From Escherichia phage ES12, in sequence record MN508614.1: a stretch of 64,000 nt of DNA. One strand, given 5' to 3'. The first letter of the stretch is position 1. Each line of letters starts with the position of its first letter. The notes beneath the pieces are model-generated. The model did no database searches. It was not told the DNA's origin and saw only the letters and a program-made list of their open reading frames with translations. The translations under genes and the position numbers were made by a program. This document shows, one piece after another, positions 59,196 to 64,000 of the stretch.

Positions 59196-61252
59196 TACAT
59201 CTTGAACTTTTTAGACATTCCGTTGATGTTAACCAAAGAAGCTAAGATTTGAGAAACTTCATTTTCCTCTTCTTTTGATTCTTCTACAAGGAATTGATTA
59301 AATCCAGCCATTGGACGAACTTCACCAGTTTCCATTAGATGGTCTCCATCATATACTGATTCTTCTAATTGTTCAGAAGGAGGAACGATTGTACCTTCGA
59401 TTAGATACTTGTTATAAGCAGTTTCTTTCATAAAGTACGTACTTACTTTATTAATCTTCAGTAAAATTCCACGTGGTAGAATAACTTCAGCTTCTGATGG
59501 AAATCCTGATAAATGACCTGGAACGATAACTTTGATTCGCTCAGCTCCTTTAATTACCATACCCACGCTAGTTTCAGCATCTTCATTAGCATATGTAGAA
59601 TGACTACCCATATGCATCAAATCTTCTGCATCAACGGAACCTTCTCCTTCGCCAGAAAATACTGCGCCAGAATCATCTAGAGCCATATAGTTTTTACCAT
59701 GCTCACCGAAGATATTTGGTTTAAGCGATGTGGATACGAAGTTCTTGAAATAGAACATTTTGTTTTCAATGTTATGACGCAAAGTTTTAAAGGTAACTTC
59801 TTGTCCACGATAAAGCGTAGTTCCTGGAGGAAGAACTGAACCTTTAGCGAATGCAGAATCCAACGTCTCGATGTGCTTAATAGCTCGTTCCATATATTCT
59901 TCACGGGTAGAATCTGGTTTACCCAAAAGGAACGAGTTCATTTCAACATATGAATCTGCACAATAATCTTCAATTACATCAGACTCAGCCTGAGTTAATC
60001 CTTTTGGAGTTACTTCGGTGCTTGCGTATTCATATGCCTGAGCAGCAGATTCATTAATCAATTTATAAATGCCATTCATGACAAATTGAATAATAGCTAC
60101 CTTTTCGTCTGGTGTGGCTTTAGAACCTTTAACCAAATCATTGATAATTTTCTTAATAACATCAAAGCTATTAGAAATATTAATATCAGCGAGATCGCTT
60201 AAAATTTTATCAGTCTTATAATCAAAGAATTCTTTATTCTTTAAATATTCTTGAGAACCTTGATATGTTATATCGCTCTGTAACTTGATAGATGGATCAC
60301 GTAAACGTGCATGGGCTAATGCAATATGATTTCGGAAGCTTTCGAGTTCATAATCACTAGATTTAAAACGAGAAGCGCTTCTCATACCGCCTATAGCTCC
60401 TTTGCTGAAGTTTGAACCAATTTGAATAACGCCAGAGTTCATTGGTCCTTCTGCTTTATACACCGGAACTTTAGATTCAAACTCTTGATATTTCTTAGCA
60501 GCGAAGCTATCACCCTGAAGTGAAGCATCAACAGTAGAATATTGAGCTTGTGCTGCTAATCGACGACTAATTTTAGTTTTCTGAATAACAGCTTGGTCCG
60601 TGCGCTTATCATTTTCTAAAGCAATAGAAGCAGCAACAGCAACAGCTTTAGGAACAGCATTTCCTGTTTTAACGTCTACATAAACATCACCGACCTTTGA
60701 TTCAACTTTTGTGAATAACTCAGTTGAAATAGGAGGTACACCTGTAATGTCTTCTAAATTGGCATTTTTACGGTAAACCATAATATATGCATATTTCTTA
60801 TCATAGTCCCAGATTTCCTTTAAAAGAACATATCGACCTGCTCCTTTAGTACGTACTAAACGGTCAGCAATAACTTGCATTTGACGAGCTGCGCCATTTG
60901 TTTTACTTTTTATTACGCGGAATAGGCATGCGTCGATTTTATACTGTTTCATTGTTTGAAGAGCAGTATCAAAAACGGCATTAATGACACCAATTGGATT
61001 TCCACCCAAGTTTTTAAGCTTAACTAATGATAGTTTCTCATTAACACCTATCATTACGATATGCATCATTTTATCGCCTGGCTTAACGTTTTTATTCGTA
61101 TCACCACCAGAGGTATATGTACAAAATCTAAATCCAGGAAGCACGCTTTCTTCGCCGGCTTGAATAGCAAAAATTTGTGGTATTTTATGCTTAGGATTTA
61201 AGTTAACAACCGGCGCCGAAGCGCCGTCAAATAATTCTGTAATAAGTTCCAT
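59195..61252 (-). CDS. Alt-like ADP-ribosyltransferase, divergent tandem paralog
   Basis: 685 aa; N-terminus MELITELFD shared with Alt; ART motifs present (LYRGQ, FVSTSL, EAEVILPRG); central region diverged. Confidence 0.85.
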   Translation of the reverse strand: MELITELFDGASAPVVNLNPKHKIPQIFAIQAGEESVLPGFRFCTYTSGGDTNKNVKPGDKMMHIVMIGVNEKLSLVKLKNLGGNPIGVINAVFDTALQTMKQYKIDACLFRVIKSKTNGAARQMQVIADRLVRTKGAGRYVLLKEIWDYDKKYAYIMVYRKNANLEDITGVPPISTELFTKVESKVGDVYVDVKTGNAVPKAVAVAASIALENDKRTDQAVIQKTKISRRLAAQAQYSTVDASLQGDSFAAKKYQEFESKVPVYKAEGPMNSGVIQIGSNFSKGAIGGMRSASRFKSSDYELESFRNHIALAHARLRDPSIKLQSDITYQGSQEYLKNKEFFDYKTDKILSDLADINISNSFDVIKKIINDLVKGSKATPDEKVAIIQFVMNGIYKLINESAAQAYEYASTEVTPKGLTQAESDVIEDYCADSYVEMNSFLLGKPDSTREEYMERAIKHIETLDSAFAKGSVLPPGTTLYRGQEVTFKTLRHNIENKMFYFKNFVSTSLKPNIFGEHGKNYMALDDSGAVFSGEGEGSVDAEDLMHMGSHSTYANEDAETSVGMVIKGAERIKVIVPGHLSGFPSEAEVILPRGILLKINKVSTYFMKETAYNKYLIEGTIVPPSEQLEESVYDGDHLMETGEVRPMAGFNQFLVEESKEEENEVSQILASLVNINGMSKKFKM

Positions 61253-61255
61253 GAT

Positions 61256-63313
61256 TTATCCTTGAACGAACTTGTAAGGCATGTTTGCAATATCTATACA
61301 AGACGCAATAATTCCAAGAGATGATTCTACTTTCTGTTTAACGTTTGATGAAACAAATGATGCAAAGTCAACTCTGTCTTCTATTTCAATATCACCTGTC
61401 ATTGCAACTACTTCGCCGGTTTCCATTAGACGGTCACCGTCATAAATTACCGATTCGGTGAGTTCTTCTGTGGTCATAACTTCAGCTTGAATAAGCTTGT
61501 TGTTAGTTTTAACTGTTCCATCATTGTAAGATGCATCGGTTATTTTATTAACTTTGACCATTAATCCACGTGGCAAAATGACTTCCATTTCATTTGAAGG
61601 TGCTAAACTTCCACCTGGTAAAACAACATTGACTTTATCAGCCCCAGTAATAACCCATCCAATTCCAACTAAATTATCGCTAGAATTTACTAGTCCTTCA
61701 TCAGTTTTATCAATAGAAACACTTAAACGCTTTTCGTCTGGTAAAACACCCACAGATGAATCAGTCATCCAGGTACCAAAAATGTTTGGATATAATGATG
61801 TTGACACAAAATTTCTAAAATAAAAAACTCGATTTTTTACCAGTGCTTCATATATTGAAGGTAACATTCGTTGTGAACGATACAAAGTAATACCTTTTGG
61901 TAATCGTTCACCATTTTTAAAGGCAGAATCTAAATTATCAATAGCTTTTTCTATATCAGATGCTGTCAAAATACTTGTACGCTCATCTGGATTATATAAT
62001 CCCAAAAGAGCGTTATTTATGTCTACATATCCTGAACTTACGTATTCACGAATTCCACGTTTTTGTGCCGGTGTGTATTTAGATGAATCTTTATTTTCGA
62101 CTATAGGATGTAGTGACCATCCAGCGGTAAGAGCATATCCACGCAATTCTCTTCGAATAATCTTTGTTTTTATTGCATTCCAAGAATTTTGTACTAACTC
62201 ATTCGCAGCATCTTGATTTAAATGCGAATGCTTGTTAATGTTTCTTTCTAACCAAGCACCTTTATATTTTTCTAAAGTATCATCAACTATAGAAGCAATA
62301 GTTTCTAAAGTTTTTATTGAAGTAATAGATTCTTTTCGTAATCTTTCTAAAGCTTTATTTTTTATTTCTGCATTAACATCAGATTCTTTATCTTCAGGAA
62401 TTATAGAAGCTTCTCTGAATGCCATTCCAGCTGTAACACTACTAAGAGCATTCTCTAATGCAAATCCTGAAGTAGAAATAACAGTTAATTCATTAGCGTC
62501 AGAAATTAAAGGAGCGTCAGCAGGTTTATTTAATTCTGCTGCTGAAGCCTCAAATTTTTGAAACATCGGCGTTTCAAATCTAGAAGATTCCAATGATTGA
62601 CTTTGCGCAATTGCTCTACGGGAAATTTTAACTTTAACGATTACAGCTTGGTCAGAACGTTTATCATTTTCTTGCGCAATAGATGCTGCAATTGCCTCAT
62701 TTTTAGTTACTTGAGCTCCAGTATCTTTATTGATATAAACATCACCGACCTTCGATTCAACTTTAGTAAAGAGCTCAGTACTAATTTCCGGAACTCCCGG
62801 AATGTCTTCTAGTGATACATTTTTGCGATGTATAAGAATATATGCATACTTTTTATCGTAATCCCAGAGTTCCTTAAGAAGGACGTATCTGCCACCTGAA
62901 CGACTACGGATAAGTCTATCAGCAATAACTTGAATTTGTCGAGCTTGACCAGCGGTTTTAGACTTAAGAATACGAAGCATACAGGCATCAATTTTATACT
63001 GACGCATTGTTTGCATCGCAACAGTAAAAACTGAATTGATATAATTAATTGGGCTTGGACCAAGACCTTTTAATTTAGCAATTGAACCTTTAGCAGTTAA
63101 TGTAAAAGGAACAATATGCATCATTTTATCGCCCATCTTTAAATCGCGATTAGTATCACCTCCAGATGTATAGGTACATAAACGAAAGCCTGGTTGTTCA
63201 ATTGCATCATCAACATGAACTGAAAAAATTTGCGGTATTTTCTTCTTTGGATTTAAGTTTGTAATCGGAAGAGTAGTATCTTCGTCAAATAATTCTGTAA
63301 TAAGTTCCATCAT
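61256..63313 (-). CDS. alt: Alt ADP-ribosyltransferase (head-packaged)
   Basis: 685 aa; MMELITELFDEDTTLPITNL; ART motifs LYRSQ, FVSTSL, EMEVILPRG. Confidence 0.93.
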   Translation of the reverse strand: MMELITELFDEDTTLPITNLNPKKKIPQIFSVHVDDAIEQPGFRLCTYTSGGDTNRDLKMGDKMMHIVPFTLTAKGSIAKLKGLGPSPINYINSVFTVAMQTMRQYKIDACMLRILKSKTAGQARQIQVIADRLIRSRSGGRYVLLKELWDYDKKYAYILIHRKNVSLEDIPGVPEISTELFTKVESKVGDVYINKDTGAQVTKNEAIAASIAQENDKRSDQAVIVKVKISRRAIAQSQSLESSRFETPMFQKFEASAAELNKPADAPLISDANELTVISTSGFALENALSSVTAGMAFREASIIPEDKESDVNAEIKNKALERLRKESITSIKTLETIASIVDDTLEKYKGAWLERNINKHSHLNQDAANELVQNSWNAIKTKIIRRELRGYALTAGWSLHPIVENKDSSKYTPAQKRGIREYVSSGYVDINNALLGLYNPDERTSILTASDIEKAIDNLDSAFKNGERLPKGITLYRSQRMLPSIYEALVKNRVFYFRNFVSTSLYPNIFGTWMTDSSVGVLPDEKRLSVSIDKTDEGLVNSSDNLVGIGWVITGADKVNVVLPGGSLAPSNEMEVILPRGLMVKVNKITDASYNDGTVKTNNKLIQAEVMTTEELTESVIYDGDRLMETGEVVAMTGDIEIEDRVDFASFVSSNVKQKVESSLGIIASCIDIANMPYKFVQG

Positions 63314-63333
63314 AGCCTCTCTAGTGTTTATTC

Positions 63334-63341
63334 TATTTATA
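63334..63341 (-). promoter_or_regulatory. T4 late promoter TATAAATA upstream of alt
   Basis: Minus strand TATAAATA about 20 nt upstream of the alt ATG. Confidence 0.5.
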
Positions 63342-63346
63342 AAATT

Positions 63347-63364
63347 AAAGGCCCGAAGGCCTTT
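63347..63364 (-). terminator. Hairpin with UUCG loop between the 63363..63551 gene and alt
   Basis: aaaggcc-cgaa-ggccttt inverted repeat. Confidence 0.45.
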
Positions 63365-63551
63365 AGTAATCTAGTGGTAAGAGAGTACGATATATTTCAA
63401 ACTTTGGTCCTTTTTCATAGGCATCAAATGTTTCTGTAAATTTATTATAAGCGTATGCATCTACAAATTCGAGAATGACTTGTGATACAGAAGTAGAAAC
63501 ATCTCCACCTTCTTTTTGAGCAATGACAATTGTTTCTAAGTAAGCTTTCAT
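63363..63551 (-). CDS. Hypothetical small protein between ligase and alt
   Basis: 62-aa ORF; ATG overlaps ligase stop as ATGA. Confidence 0.6.
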   Translation of the reverse strand: MKAYLETIVIAQKEGGDVSTSVSQVILEFVDAYAYNKFTETFDAYEKGPKFEIYRTLLPLDY

Positions 63552-64000
63552 AAACCAGTTACCTCATGAAAATCACCAAATACATCCTCGAATGTATTAG
63601 CTTTAGTTTTATCTTCACGTAAACGAATCGCAATCGGAAGAAATAATTTAACGTAATCAGTGCGGCCATCAGATTTTAACCAACCGTTGCATTCGCACTC
63701 TAGAATTTTTCCAATATAATAATTTTGGTTTTCCATAATGCGAGTACGGTCAAGTTCATGTGATTTTACGCCGGCTTTGTCTTTTAAGCCTGAACCAGCA
63801 TTTACCTTAATTTTTCCACACTCTGACTCAAGAATAAATCCACCTGCTTTAGTAGGGTCTTTACGGTGAGGATAAATTCCTACAATTTTTAAATCAACAT
63901 CAATTACTTCTTTAAATTTATAGAGATTTTTTGAACGAGCATTTTCCCATAATCCATCGATATTTTTGAGAATAATACCTTCAAGACCTTGGTCAATATA
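63548..64000 (-). CDS. 30: DNA ligase (gene 30), 3' portion only; gene continues past window end
   Basis: Frame reads ...KSHELDRTRIMENQNYYIGKILECECNGWLKSDGRTDYVKLFLPIAIRLREDKTKANTFEDVFGDFHEVTGL; ORF-track entry 63548..63736 is only the part after an internal Met. Confidence 0.9.
   Translation of the reverse strand, partial: YIDQGLEGIILKNIDGLWENARSKNLYKFKEVIDVDLKIVGIYPHRKDPTKAGGFILESECGKIKVNAGSGLKDKAGVKSHELDRTRIMENQNYYIGKILECECNGWLKSDGRTDYVKLFLPIAIRLREDKTKANTFEDVFGDFHEVTGL

Noticed and set aside
63548-63736. 62-aa ORF listed as an independent gene
   Set aside because: The frame continues upstream without a stop to the window edge and matches the C-terminus of T4-type DNA ligase; it is the 3' end of gene 30.

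Overview
This window is a near-colinear segment of a T4-like (Tevenvirinae-type) coliphage genome, identified by reading the six-frame translations and the DNA directly; no database search was run. The left third (1-14.7 kb, minus strand) carries early/middle genes: denV, lysozyme e, nudE, a run of small accessory ORFs, a 9-tRNA cluster, an HNH endonuclease, several internal-protein-like genes, 57B, 57A, gene 1 and genes 3-2-4. The centre (14.7-44.7 kb, plus strand) is the conserved late structural block: baseplate 53-5-5.1-5.4-6-7-8-9-10-11-12, wac, neck 13-14-15, terminase 16-17, sheath 18, tube 19, portal 20, 67-68-21-22, capsid 23 and 24. The right part holds rnlB, hoc, inh, segE, uvsW, uvsY, 25-26, 51-27-28-29-48-54, two tandem full-length Alt-like ADP-ribosyltransferases and the 3' end of DNA ligase 30. 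Conserved genes are called with high confidence; start codons were checked by hand only where noted (the ORF track uses TTG starts in places). The most interesting content is accessory: (i) a cassette region between the tRNAs and 57B with two small capsid-targeting-sequence proteins, each behind a repeated early-promoter/stem-loop module; (ii) a third such protein cassette flanked by inverted terminator hairpins; (iii) the tandem Alt paralogs with divergent central regions; (iv) a standalone terminase-like P-loop ATPase; (v) a tRNA set that differs from the canonical T4 set as I recall it. Comparisons to T4 are from memory and should be confirmed by alignment.
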